A DNA stretch of 64,000 nucleotides from Myxococcota bacterium. Its GTDB lineage: Bacteria > Myxococcota_A > UBA796 > SXON01. This document shows, in pieces, positions 9,162 to 18,634 of this stretch. Each line of letters starts with the position of its first letter. Positions within the stretch are counted from its first letter, which is position 1. The position numbers and the translations under genes were made by a program. The notes beneath the pieces were generated by a model, which was not told the origin of the DNA, did no database searches, and saw nothing but the letters and a program-made list of their open reading frames with translations. The stretch lies in NCBI GenBank assembly GCA_040386535.1, contig JAZKFH010000013.1, positions 352,928 to 416,927 of the forward strand. The letters run 5' to 3'.

Positions 9162-10277
9162 CTACCGCCCGCCGAAGTCCTTCTCCTTCGCGTACCGCGC
9201 GATCTGATCGACGTAGTCGAACACCGAGGGCGCCCGGTCCGTACCGAGGAGCGGCCCGAGGTGGCGCCTCAGGTTCGTCGTGTCGAACAGCGGGTTGCCG
9301 CGGAAGTAGGGGAGGTAGGCCGAACCGCCGCGGAGGATGCGGCGGCCGCGCTTCGTGAGCGAGAGCGGGCCGCGGATCACCGGGCGGACCCAGCGCAGGT
9401 AGAAGTCGGGGTCGATGGTGCGGAGCGGCGGGCGGTCGAGCAGCTCCGCGAAGCGGGCGGCGAGCGCGTCCACGCGCGGGGCGTCGTCTCCCGCTGCGAG
9501 GTGGAAGCAGGAGCCGATCGTGCTCGGGTCACGACGCAGGGCGACCAGGGCGTCGGCGACGAAGTCGACCGGCACGATGTCGACGAGGGTGTCCGCGCGC
9601 CCCGGGAACAGCCGCCACCAGCCCCGTGCGTAGAGCATCAGCGGCCAGTACAGGACGTTGAAGGACTCGGTGGCGCCGGTCCGGCTGTCCCCCACGATGA
9701 TCGACGGGCGGTGGATCGTGACGGGCAGCCCCTCCGCGATCGCGGCGCGCACGTGGCCCTCGGCCTGGCACTTCGACCACTCGTAGCTGTTGCGGAAGCC
9801 CTGGCCGACGTCGGCCTCCGTCTCGAGCACCCGCCCGGTGCGATCGCCCGCGACGTACGCGGTGCTGACGTGGTCGTGGCGGGCCAGGCGGCCGCGATCG
9901 GCGAGGCGCCGCGCCAGGGTCAGCATCGCGAGCGTGCTGTCCACGTTCTCGCCGGCCGCCTTGTCCTGGGGCATGTCGAAGCGCACGGAGGCCGCCGAGT
10001 GGATCAGCGAGGTGACCTCGGCGTCCACGCGGCCGTGGTCCCGCTCGGAGAGGCCGAGGCCCGGCGCCGACACGTCTCCCCGCACCACGTCGAGCCGCTC
10101 GGGATCGACGCCGGGGACCCGCGCGCGGAGCGCATCGCGCCGCTCGGCGAGGTGGGCGTCGTCCTTCGCGCGCACCAACGCGAGCACGCGCATGGCGGGA
10201 TCGGCGAGCAGGCGGGGGAGGAGCGCGGTGCCGACGTGGCCCGTGGCCCCCGTCAGCAGGATGGCGCCGGTGGTCAC
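9162..10277 (-). CDS. Extended SDR / fatty acyl-CoA reductase-like (male-sterility NAD-binding) oxidoreductase
   Basis: LLTGATGHVG, HSAASVRF, HVSTAYVAG, YEWSK (YxxxK), RPSIIVGD, DIVPVDFVA. Confidence 0.9.
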   Translation of the reverse strand: MTTGAILLTGATGHVGTALLPRLLADPAMRVLALVRAKDDAHLAERRDALRARVPGVDPERLDVVRGDVSAPGLGLSERDHGRVDAEVTSLIHSAASVRFDMPQDKAAGENVDSTLAMLTLARRLADRGRLARHDHVSTAYVAGDRTGRVLETEADVGQGFRNSYEWSKCQAEGHVRAAIAEGLPVTIHRPSIIVGDSRTGATESFNVLYWPLMLYARGWWRLFPGRADTLVDIVPVDFVADALVALRRDPSTIGSCFHLAAGDDAPRVDALAARFAELLDRPPLRTIDPDFYLRWVRPVIRGPLSLTKRGRRILRGGSAYLPYFRGNPLFDTTNLRRHLGPLLGTDRAPSVFDYVDQIARYAKEKDFGGR

Positions 10278-11299
10278 CCGGTGCGGCGGCGGCGGAGCCC
10301 GGCGGCGGCCGCCACGAGGAGGCCGAGCGCGCCGAAGGTCCGGGTGGAACCGGGAACGGTGGCGCAGCCGACCAGCTTCAGGTCGTCCATCATCGCGTCG
10401 TGGAGCTTGCCGTCCGGCACGTCTCCGAACAGGCCGCCGCGGGGCGCCTGCATCGGCGTCCAGTCGTCCACACAGTCGTCCCCGACGAGCCAGCTGCCCT
10501 CTTCCGGGAAGGTGCCGGCAGCGCCGGACTCCGTTTCCCAGTAGACGTACCAGCCCTTGCAGCTGCCCGCGGCGTCCGCGGTGATCGCGTAGATGCCGAG
10601 GTCCGGGGCGCCGAAGGAGAGCGCCATGTCCGTGGGCACGCCCTCGAGGACCACCTGGAGCGTGACCGGGGCGCCGCTCTCGCCGGCGCTCGGGCCCCAG
10701 TCGGCCCAGAAGGTCCCGCTGCCGTCATCCACCGCCATGCGCACGGGCGGATCGCCTTCTCCGAGGGTGCCCGCCGCGAAGTCCTGCGTGAGGTAGGAGC
10801 CCGACACGCCGGGGCCCATCTCGTTGTAGTCGGCCGCCATGATGTTCGAGCGGTGGCCGGAGGAGCACATCCACATGCTCATCACGGCGAACCGCGCGTC
10901 CGTCACGCCCATGGCGATGTTCTCGCCGATGTACCCGGTCTCGGTGTAGTACCGGGCGACGCGGGTGCCGAAGTCCTCGTTCGAGCCGTCACAACTCTCG
11001 TGCTGGAAGCACTCGTTCTCCTCCATCTGCTCCGAGTGCCAGCGCGACACCTCGGTCAGATCGAGGTCGATGTACAAGGGCGACTTCGGGATCTGCTCGG
11101 AGTCCTCGAAGTCGTCGAACCCGCAGCCAGCGGCCGAGTACTCGTTCTCGAACTCCTCCGGCGCGACCCGCGCGGCGTTGGTCCACAGCTGGAGCTGGCG
11201 CTCCGCCTTGGAAGGAAAACCGTCGACCGGGACGCCGTAGGCGCCGCCGCCGTTGCTGGCGGCCACCGTGGCGAGGAGCGCGAGCGACACGAGTTCCAT
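10274..11299 (-). CDS. Secreted CAP (SCP) domain protein with MYXO-CTERM-like tail
   Basis: Signal peptide; TNAARVAP, HSEQM, GENIA, WMCSSGHRSNIM; C-terminus GCATVPG...GLLVAAAAGLRRRRTG. Confidence 0.85.
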   Translation of the reverse strand: MELVSLALLATVAASNGGGAYGVPVDGFPSKAERQLQLWTNAARVAPEEFENEYSAAGCGFDDFEDSEQIPKSPLYIDLDLTEVSRWHSEQMEENECFQHESCDGSNEDFGTRVARYYTETGYIGENIAMGVTDARFAVMSMWMCSSGHRSNIMAADYNEMGPGVSGSYLTQDFAAGTLGEGDPPVRMAVDDGSGTFWADWGPSAGESGAPVTLQVVLEGVPTDMALSFGAPDLGIYAITADAAGSCKGWYVYWETESGAAGTFPEEGSWLVGDDCVDDWTPMQAPRGGLFGDVPDGKLHDAMMDDLKLVGCATVPGSTRTFGALGLLVAAAAGLRRRRTG

Positions 11300-11301
11300 G
11301 A

Positions 11302-11790
11302 TCAGGCTCCCGAGAGGTGACGGCGGATGACCTCGTAGCTGCGCTCGTAGCTGCGCTCGAGCTGCTCGAGCACGACCTTCTCGATGGCGCCACCCACGAG
11401 GGGGATGGACACCTTGATCTCGCCCTCGATGATGCGCTCGCAGCCGTCGGGCGCGGGGATCACGCGGGAGGTGCCCTCGCAGCGCACCTTGTCGGGGATC
11501 ACGTCGGAGAGGACCTTCCACGTGGTGGTCATCGTGTCGTCGTCCGCCTCGACGATCTGCACGTAGGAGAAGCGGCTGGTGCCGAGCGCGCGCTGGGCGA
11601 GGGCCGGGAGCTCCTTGCGGGGGGAGACCCGAAGCTCGTCGTACGTGCGGGAGCCGTCCCGGCGGCGCTCGATCACCTCGACGTCGATATCGCTGGCGGC
11701 CGCGATCTTCTCGTCGAGCTCGGGCTCCCGCGTGCCGTCCCAGTACACCCGGGGGGAGACCGCGAAGTGATGAGAGATGCGGATCTGCAT
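11302..11790 (-). CDS. DUF2505 family (SRPBCC/START-like) protein
   Basis: 162 aa with C-terminal GEIKVSIPLVGGAIEK typical of the family. TACCCT -10-like box 8 nt upstream of the ATG. Confidence 0.8.
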   Translation of the reverse strand: MQIRISHHFAVSPRVYWDGTREPELDEKIAAASDIDVEVIERRRDGSRTYDELRVSPRKELPALAQRALGTSRFSYVQIVEADDDTMTTTWKVLSDVIPDKVRCEGTSRVIPAPDGCERIIEGEIKVSIPLVGGAIEKVVLEQLERSYERSYEVIRRHLSGA

Positions 11791-11937
11791 GGGGCGGAAG
11801 GGTACGGCCCACTTCGCGCTTCGGCAACCATGGCGCTGTCAAGGTTCTGCAACCCGTGTGGGACGGGCGTGTGGGGGGACGGCGCGCGCCTGTGAACGCC
11901 GTGGTTCGGTTAGGATGCGCGCTCGCCTCGAGGCCCC

Positions 11938-14900
11938 ATGTCCCCGCTGTTGCTGCTCCTCACGCTCTCCGGACGCGCCGGGGCCATCCTCCCGCTGCCC
12001 GTGTACCCGGAGTGCGGCGAGATCGACCGCGAGGACCTCTGTCCCACCGACCTGGACGAGGAGTGGTGGCAGATCAGCTACATCCCCGACGGCTCCCGCG
12101 ACACCGTACGCCCCGAGGAGCTCGCCATCGGCTCGGGAAACGCGGCCGACCGTGCGTGGCGCATCACGACGGGGCGCACCGACGTGCTGCTCGCCGTCCT
12201 CGACTCCGGCGTCAACTGGAACAACGGCCGGTACGTCAACAAGATCCAGCTCCACAGCGGCGAGCTCCCGCTCCCCCAGCTCGCCGACGGGACGACCGCC
12301 ACCGACTGGGATCTCGACGGCAACGGCATCGTCAACGTGCAGGACTACGCCGGTGATGCGCGCGTCACGATGGACGCGGGGCGCGACTTCGCGGACGGGC
12401 GGCTCGACCCGTCCGATCTGCTCGCGGTGTTCTCGGACGGCGTGGATGATGACGGCAACGGGTTCGTCGACGACATCGCCGGCTGGGACTTCTTCGCGGA
12501 CGACAACGACCCGTACCACGAGTACGCCGAGGACTTCGGCACCCACGGCGACGGCGTGATCGAGTCCATGGCCGCGGAGGGCGGGGACGAGGAGAACGGC
12601 GACATCGGGCAGTGCCCGAACTGCGCGGTGCTGCCGCTGCGGATCGGCGACACGTTCGTCACGGACGGCAGCCGCGCGTCCATGGGCATCGCCTACGCGG
12701 TCGAGCGCGGCGCCGTGGGCGTGAACCTCGCCGTGGGCGCGCTCACGAACCCCGACTTCGCCACCGCCGCGGCCTCCTGGGCGCGCGACCGGGGCGTGAG
12801 CATCGTCGGCGCGGCGGGGGACGAGAACGCGTACCACCACAACTTCCCGGCCATGATGGACGGGATCTTCTACGTGCACTCCATCCGCTCGAACAACAAC
12901 AACGAGGACAGCGGCGCCTTCAGCTACCTCAACTTCTTCAACTGCAACAACTACGGCCCGCGCCTCACGCTCGTGGCGGACTCGCCCGCGTGCGCCACGG
13001 GCGCGGTCGCCATCACCACCGGCACCGTGGGCCTGGTCCACTCCGCCGCGCGGGACGCCGGCCTGACCCTCACCGCGGACGAGGTGTACCAGGTCATCGT
13101 CACCTCGGTGGACGACGTGAACCTGTCCGCCGCCGACGTCGAGCGCGCCGCGACCTACCCCTCGGGGGAGGGCTGGGACGCGTTCTACGGCTACGGCCGC
13201 CTCAACGCCGGGCGCGCGGTCGAGCGCGTCTCCGCCGGCGACATCCCGCCCACGATGGACGTGTCGAGCCCCGCCTGGTTCGAGACCATCGATCCGGGCG
13301 TCGGCAGCCTCGCCATCGAGGGCTACGTCGCGGCCGATCGCTCCGCGTCCTACAGCTACGCGGTCGAGTACGGCGTGGGGGACGATCCCCGCACGTGGAC
13401 GCAGCTTACGAGCGGCAACGGCACGTCGCGCTTCGAGGGCACGCTCGCGACGCTGGACCTGTCCACGCTCGACACCGCGGCGATGCTCGAGGCCGAGCGC
13501 AACGAGACCATCCTCGAGCGCATGGACCGCGTGTTCACCCCCGCCGTGACCGTGCGCGTGCGCGTGACCGACGCCGAAGGCCGCGTCGGCGAGACCCGGA
13601 AGACCTTCTTCGTCTACCCGGACCCCGACACGGTCGCCGGCTTCCCCCTCGACCTCGGCGGCTCCGGCGAGTCGTCGCCCCTGATGGCCGACCTCGACGA
13701 CGACGGCGTGTTCGAGATCGTCATCGCCGACTCCTCCGGCAACGTGCACGCGTTCGACGGCACCGGGCGCGAGATCGACGGCTGGCCGGTCCAGACGGAC
13801 GTGAGCCCGCGCTTCCACACCGGCGCCCCCGGGGTCAGCTCCGGCGAGCTGCCCGCCCTGCACGACGGCATGATCGCCACCGCCGCCGTGGGTGACCTCG
13901 ACGGGGACGGCTCCCCCGAGGTGTTCGTCGGCACGAGCACCGGCTCCGTGTACGCCTGGCATGCCGACGGCTCGCGGGTGACCGGCTACCCCGTCGAGAT
14001 CGTGGGGCGCACGCCCGCCGAGTTCGACTCCACCCACGTGTACGACAACGGCATCGCGGGGGCGCCCACCCTCTACGATCTCGACGGGGACGGCACGCTG
14101 GAGGTCATCGTGGCCGCGATGGACCAGCGCCTCTACGTGTGGGACGCCGCGGGCGAACCCTGGGGCCCGTACCCCATCGACGTGTGCGCGCCCGAGTTGT
14201 GCGGCGAGGCGGGCACCCGGATCATCGCGAGCCCGGCCGTGGGCGATGTCGACAACGACGGCGAGGTCGAGATCGGCGTCGGCAGCAACGAGACCGTCAA
14301 CGACGGCAACTCCTCCATCAGCTACCTGTTCGACGCCGTGAGCGGCGTGGCGGAGGACGGCTGGCCGCTCATCGAGGGCGGCCTCATCAACGAGGCCGGC
14401 CTGCTGCCGATCGTGGGCGAGGGGCACCCCGCGTCGATGGCGTTCGCGGACCTCGACGGCGACGGGGATCTGGAGATCTCCTCCGCGGTCATGCTCGGGC
14501 AGACCCCGCTCTACCACCACGACGGCACCGTCGCGCGGGACCTCTCCTACGTGGCGACGAGCTTCGGCGAGGGGAGCAACACGAACCAGCCCAGCTTCGT
14601 ACAGATGACGAACAACCCCGGCTTCGGCGACATGACGGGGGACGGCGTGCCCGAGTACGTCATGGCTGGCGCGGGCACGTACTACCTCATCGCCTTGCCG
14701 CTCATCACCGCCGTCGACTGGCAGAACGTCGTGGGCGCGTGGGACGGCGCGACCGGCGAGCACCTCCCGGGTTGGCCGCGCCAGATCGAGGACCTCCAGT
14801 TCCTCGTCGCGCCCGCCATCGCCGACCTCGACGGGGACAACAAGGCCGAGGCCGTCATGGGCAGCGCGGGGTACCTCCTGCACGCCTGGGACGCCGCCGG

Positions 14901-15291
14901 CATCGAGCCCGACGGCTGGCCCAAGTTCACCGGGAACTGGATCCTCGGGAGCCCGGCCGTCGGCGACATCGACGGCGACGGCTACGTGGAGGTTGTCGTC
15001 TCCACCCGCGAGGGCAAACTCTTCGCGTGGCACACCAAGGGCCACGCCGATCAGGCAATCGGCTGGCAGAGCATCCACCACGATCCGCAGAACACGGGCA
15101 ACTTCCACACGCCGCTGGCCACGCAACGCGGCCCGGAGCTGGAGGAGGAGAACCCCCAGGGGTGTTGCGAAGGCGGCACCAAGGCGTCTCTCCTCTGGCT
15201 CGCCCCGCTCGGCTTGTTCTGGCGTCGCCGCCGCTCCGCCTCGACCTCCCCCGCCGCATCCACTGGCCGTTCCTCGCAAGGGACCACATGA
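11938..15291 (+). CDS. Secreted S8 subtilase-like protein with FG-GAP/VCBS repeats and MYXO-CTERM-like tail
   Basis: Signal peptide, VLDSG, THG, DDDGNGFVDDIAGWDF, GYGRLNA; many (G/A)DLDGDG repeats; ends GCCEGG...LLWLAPLGLFWRRRR. Confidence 0.88.
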   Translation: MSPLLLLLTLSGRAGAILPLPVYPECGEIDREDLCPTDLDEEWWQISYIPDGSRDTVRPEELAIGSGNAADRAWRITTGRTDVLLAVLDSGVNWNNGRYVNKIQLHSGELPLPQLADGTTATDWDLDGNGIVNVQDYAGDARVTMDAGRDFADGRLDPSDLLAVFSDGVDDDGNGFVDDIAGWDFFADDNDPYHEYAEDFGTHGDGVIESMAAEGGDEENGDIGQCPNCAVLPLRIGDTFVTDGSRASMGIAYAVERGAVGVNLAVGALTNPDFATAAASWARDRGVSIVGAAGDENAYHHNFPAMMDGIFYVHSIRSNNNNEDSGAFSYLNFFNCNNYGPRLTLVADSPACATGAVAITTGTVGLVHSAARDAGLTLTADEVYQVIVTSVDDVNLSAADVERAATYPSGEGWDAFYGYGRLNAGRAVERVSAGDIPPTMDVSSPAWFETIDPGVGSLAIEGYVAADRSASYSYAVEYGVGDDPRTWTQLTSGNGTSRFEGTLATLDLSTLDTAAMLEAERNETILERMDRVFTPAVTVRVRVTDAEGRVGETRKTFFVYPDPDTVAGFPLDLGGSGESSPLMADLDDDGVFEIVIADSSGNVHAFDGTGREIDGWPVQTDVSPRFHTGAPGVSSGELPALHDGMIATAAVGDLDGDGSPEVFVGTSTGSVYAWHADGSRVTGYPVEIVGRTPAEFDSTHVYDNGIAGAPTLYDLDGDGTLEVIVAAMDQRLYVWDAAGEPWGPYPIDVCAPELCGEAGTRIIASPAVGDVDNDGEVEIGVGSNETVNDGNSSISYLFDAVSGVAEDGWPLIEGGLINEAGLLPIVGEGHPASMAFADLDGDGDLEISSAVMLGQTPLYHHDGTVARDLSYVATSFGEGSNTNQPSFVQMTNNPGFGDMTGDGVPEYVMAGAGTYYLIALPLITAVDWQNVVGAWDGATGEHLPGWPRQIEDLQFLVAPAIADLDGDNKAEAVMGSAGYLLHAWDAAGIEPDGWPKFTGNWILGSPAVGDIDGDGYVEVVVSTREGKLFAWHTKGHADQAIGWQSIHHDPQNTGNFHTPLATQRGPELEEENPQGCCEGGTKASLLWLAPLGLFWRRRRSASTSPAASTGRSSQGTT

Positions 15292-16397
15292 ACGCGATCG
15301 ACATCCTCAAGGCCCGCGGCTTCTTCAACCAGTGCACCGACGAGGACGCCCTCCGGAAGCTCATGGACGAGGGCCCGGTCACCTTCTACGTCGGGTTCGA
15401 CCCCACCGCGGACAGCCTGCACGTCGGGCACCTCGTGCAGGTCATGGCGATGGCGAACCTGCACCGCGCCGGCCACAAGGCGATCCCCGTGGTCGGCGGC
15501 GGCACCGTGCAGGTGGGCGATCCGAGCTTCAAGGACGAGACGCGCGAGTTGCTCACCCCCGAACGCATGGAGGCCAACAAGGCCAAGATCGGCGCCCAGC
15601 TCGCGAAGTTCGCGCCGGGCACGCTGGTCGACAACGCCGACTGGTTGATGAAGCTCAACTACGTCGAGTTCATCCGCGACATCGGTCGCCACTTCTCCGT
15701 GAACGTGATGGTGAAGGCCGAGAGCATGAAGCAGCGCCTGGAGCGCGGCCAGGGGCTCTCCTTCCTCGAGTTCAACTACCCCCTGCTCCAGTCGTACGAC
15801 TTCCTGGAGCTGTATCGGCGCTACGGCTGCCGCCTCCAGGTGGGCGGTGGTGATCAGTGGTTCAACATCATCAGCGGAGCCGATCTCATCCGGCGCGTGG
15901 AGGGGGGGAGCGCATTTGGGCTCACGACGCCGCTCCTCACGACGGCCAGCGGCGCCAAGATGGGGAAGACCGTGGCGGGCGCGGTGTGGCTCGACGCCGA
16001 GAAGGTCTCGCCGTTCGACTACAACCAGTACTGGTACAACTGCGACGATCGCGACGTGGAGAAGTTCCTGAAGCTCTTCACCTTCCTCCCGATCGAGCAG
16101 ATCGAGGAGGCGGTGAAGGGCGACATCCGCGCGGCCAAGCGCCTGCTCGCGGACGAGGCGACCGCGATCGTGCACGGGCGCGACGTGCTCGTGCCGAAAC
16201 ACGTCACGACGTTGCCAAAGAAGCTCGTCGACCTGCTGGTCGAGACCGGCCTGGTGCCCTCGAAGTCGGAGGCGCGTCGCAAGCTGAACGACGGCGTCCG
16301 CTTCGGCGGGGAGAAGCTGCACGATCCCGATTTTGTGGTCGCGAGCCCCGGCACCCTCCAGCTCGGGAAGAAGAAGGTCGAGTTGTGCCTCCCTTGA
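15288..16397 (+). CDS. tyrS: Tyrosine--tRNA ligase (369 aa)
   Basis: YVGFDPTADSLHVGH (HIGH), EFNYPLLQSYDF, QVGGGDQWFNI, KMGKT (KMSKS) and a C-terminal S4-like SKSEARR. ATGA overlap with the upstream gene. Confidence 0.96.
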   Translation: MNAIDILKARGFFNQCTDEDALRKLMDEGPVTFYVGFDPTADSLHVGHLVQVMAMANLHRAGHKAIPVVGGGTVQVGDPSFKDETRELLTPERMEANKAKIGAQLAKFAPGTLVDNADWLMKLNYVEFIRDIGRHFSVNVMVKAESMKQRLERGQGLSFLEFNYPLLQSYDFLELYRRYGCRLQVGGGDQWFNIISGADLIRRVEGGSAFGLTTPLLTTASGAKMGKTVAGAVWLDAEKVSPFDYNQYWYNCDDRDVEKFLKLFTFLPIEQIEEAVKGDIRAAKRLLADEATAIVHGRDVLVPKHVTTLPKKLVDLLVETGLVPSKSEARRKLNDGVRFGGEKLHDPDFVVASPGTLQLGKKKVELCLP

Positions 16398-17122
16398 GGC
16401 GCGAAGACGCGCTCTTCTCGTGGTTCGAGCGGATCAACGGGCCCGCGTGGGGCAACGTGCTCGACGCCGGCACCGGGGAGCACTCGCTCGGCTGGGTCGG
16501 GTCGTTGCCGGCGCGTTCGGTCACGGCGGTCACCGTGGAGGCGTGGCGGATGGCCGGCCTCGCGGAGGTGGCGCCCCAGGCGCGCGTGCTGCTCGGGGAG
16601 TGGACCGACCCGACGCTCCTGCACGGCGAGTCCTTCGACCAGGTGCTGGTGGACTACGTCATCGGCGCGATCGACGGCCACGCGCCCTTCTTCCAGTACG
16701 GCTTCCTGGAGCGCCTGCGGCCCCACGTGCGCGGCCGCGTCTACCTCGTCGGCCTCGAGCCCCAGCCGCGCGACGGCAGCGTGCTGGACGAGGTGTGCCG
16801 CGTGCGCGACGCCTGCATCCTGCTCGCCGGTCACCGCTGCTATCGCGAGTATCCGCGCACGCTCGTGCAGCAGTGGCTGGAGCGCACCGGGTACCACGTC
16901 CTCGACGCGCAGGACTTCCCCAACCGCATCGGCCCGCGCTTCGTCAACGGGCAGCTCGACGTGGCCCTTCGCAAGGTGAAGCTGTTCCGTGACCCCGGGC
17001 TGAGGGTCGCCATGGAGGCCACCATCGCCGACGTGCGGGCCCGCGCGCTCGATCTCGGCGAGGTCACCTGGGGGGCCGACTACGTGATCGCCGCCGCCGT
17101 TGACGGCGGATCGGCCGGATGA
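16394..17122 (+). CDS. Class I SAM-dependent methyltransferase
   Basis: VLDAGTG motif I, FDQVLVDY, YREYP. TTG start overlaps the tyrS TGA. Confidence 0.8.
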   Translation: MRREDALFSWFERINGPAWGNVLDAGTGEHSLGWVGSLPARSVTAVTVEAWRMAGLAEVAPQARVLLGEWTDPTLLHGESFDQVLVDYVIGAIDGHAPFFQYGFLERLRPHVRGRVYLVGLEPQPRDGSVLDEVCRVRDACILLAGHRCYREYPRTLVQQWLERTGYHVLDAQDFPNRIGPRFVNGQLDVALRKVKLFRDPGLRVAMEATIADVRARALDLGEVTWGADYVIAAAVDGGSAG

Positions 17123-17134
17123 CAAGCTGACGCG

Positions 17135-18634
17135 ATGAAGAGCATCGTGGCCGGCGGGGGCGTCCTGGCGCTCGTCGCCGGGGTTGGATGGAGCGCCGGA
17201 TGCAGCGGCGGCAAGGCCTCGGCGGCGCGGCGGGAGGGCCCGCCCCCCATCGTGCTCTTGTCGATGGACACGTTCCGTGTCGATCGCATCGGCGCCTACG
17301 GCAACCCGAACGGCCTGACCCCCAACCTCGACGCGTTCGCCGCCGAGGCCGTGGTGTTCGAGAACGTGTACAGCCAGGCGGTGCAGACGGCGCCGTCGCA
17401 CACGAGCCTGTTCACGAGCCGGTACCCGAGCGAGCAGATCGGCACCAACCGCCAGCCGTACGTCCCCAAGGAGATGCCGCTCCTGGCCGAGCTGCTCTCG
17501 CTCTACGACTACCAGACCGGCGCGTTCGTGGGCGGCGCGGACCTGTCGCCCTGGCGCGGCCTGAACAAGGGGTTCGACACCTACGAGGCGTCGGTGGACT
17601 TCGGGTCGTTCTTCCACACCGGCCCGATGGCGCTCGCGTGGCTCGACAAGGTGGAGCAGGACCGCCCGTACTTCCTGTTCGTGCACGGCTACGACACCCA
17701 CTCGCGCTACCTGAAGCCCCCGCCGTACGGCTACGCGCACTCCGACGCCCGCATCGAGAACGAGGGCCAGAACGCCGCGCGCAGCGCGACCGAGCGCCTC
17801 GTCGACGGGGTGATGTACCCGGACTTCAACGGCCTGATGCAGTCGTACGAGACCGAGCTGCGGCCACGCTCCGACGCGGCCAAGGCCAACCTCGCGAAGG
17901 GCGACGGGTCGGACGACCAGGCCGTTCGTGTCACCGAAGCCGACGTCGACCTGATCCGCGACGTGTACGACGGCGCCGTGTCGTACGCGGACACGATGGT
18001 CGGCACGTTCCTGGCCGGGCTCGAGGAGCGCGGAGTGCTCGACGAGGCCGTGGTCGTGATCCTGGCGGACCACGGCGAGCAGCTCGGCGAGCACGGGCTG
18101 TTCGGGCACTGCTGCGAGGCGCGGGACGAGGAGGCGCGGGTGCCGCTGATGGTCCGCCTCCCCGGCGGAGAGGGCGGCGGGCGCCGCGTCTCCGGGCTGG
18201 TGGAGCTGGTGGACGTGATGCCATCGCTGGTCCAGCTGGCCGACGCGACGCCGCCCGCGCGCATCCACGGCCGCTCGTTCGCCGCGGCGCTGCGGGGCGC
18301 GCCGTTCGAGGGCCGCCGCTTCGCGTTCACCGAGGGCAGCGAGATGATGCGCCTCGTCACCATGCGCGGGCCCGAGGGGCGGCTCACCTACACGGGCCTC
18401 TCACCCTCCGCGCCCCTGCTCGGTGACCTCGTCGAGGCCGCGCGCCTGGACGGGCCCGCGTTCGTGGTCGACGGAGACGTCTCCGACGCCAGCCGCGCGG
18501 AGATGCGCACGGGGATGGTGACCTGGCTGCGCTCGCTGACGCCGACACCCACGGGCATCGGGAGCACGGGCGAGATGCCGGAGGCGCTGAAGAAGTCGCT
18601 GCGCGAGCACGGCTATTGGAACGTGAAGGAATGA
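17135..18634 (+). CDS. Sulfatase-like / alkaline phosphatase superfamily lipoprotein
   Basis: Lipobox-like WSAGC; LSMDTFRVD, QTAPSHTSLFTSRYP, HGYDTH, YDGAVSYAD, ADHGE, RVPL. Confidence 0.88.
   Translation: MKSIVAGGGVLALVAGVGWSAGCSGGKASAARREGPPPIVLLSMDTFRVDRIGAYGNPNGLTPNLDAFAAEAVVFENVYSQAVQTAPSHTSLFTSRYPSEQIGTNRQPYVPKEMPLLAELLSLYDYQTGAFVGGADLSPWRGLNKGFDTYEASVDFGSFFHTGPMALAWLDKVEQDRPYFLFVHGYDTHSRYLKPPPYGYAHSDARIENEGQNAARSATERLVDGVMYPDFNGLMQSYETELRPRSDAAKANLAKGDGSDDQAVRVTEADVDLIRDVYDGAVSYADTMVGTFLAGLEERGVLDEAVVVILADHGEQLGEHGLFGHCCEARDEEARVPLMVRLPGGEGGGRRVSGLVELVDVMPSLVQLADATPPARIHGRSFAAALRGAPFEGRRFAFTEGSEMMRLVTMRGPEGRLTYTGLSPSAPLLGDLVEAARLDGPAFVVDGDVSDASRAEMRTGMVTWLRSLTPTPTGIGSTGEMPEALKKSLREHGYWNVKE

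Noticed and set aside
14139..16397. 752-aa ORF suggesting an N-terminally extended TyrRS
   Set aside because: The extension is an alternate frame of the subtilase gene. TyrRS starts at ATG 15288.
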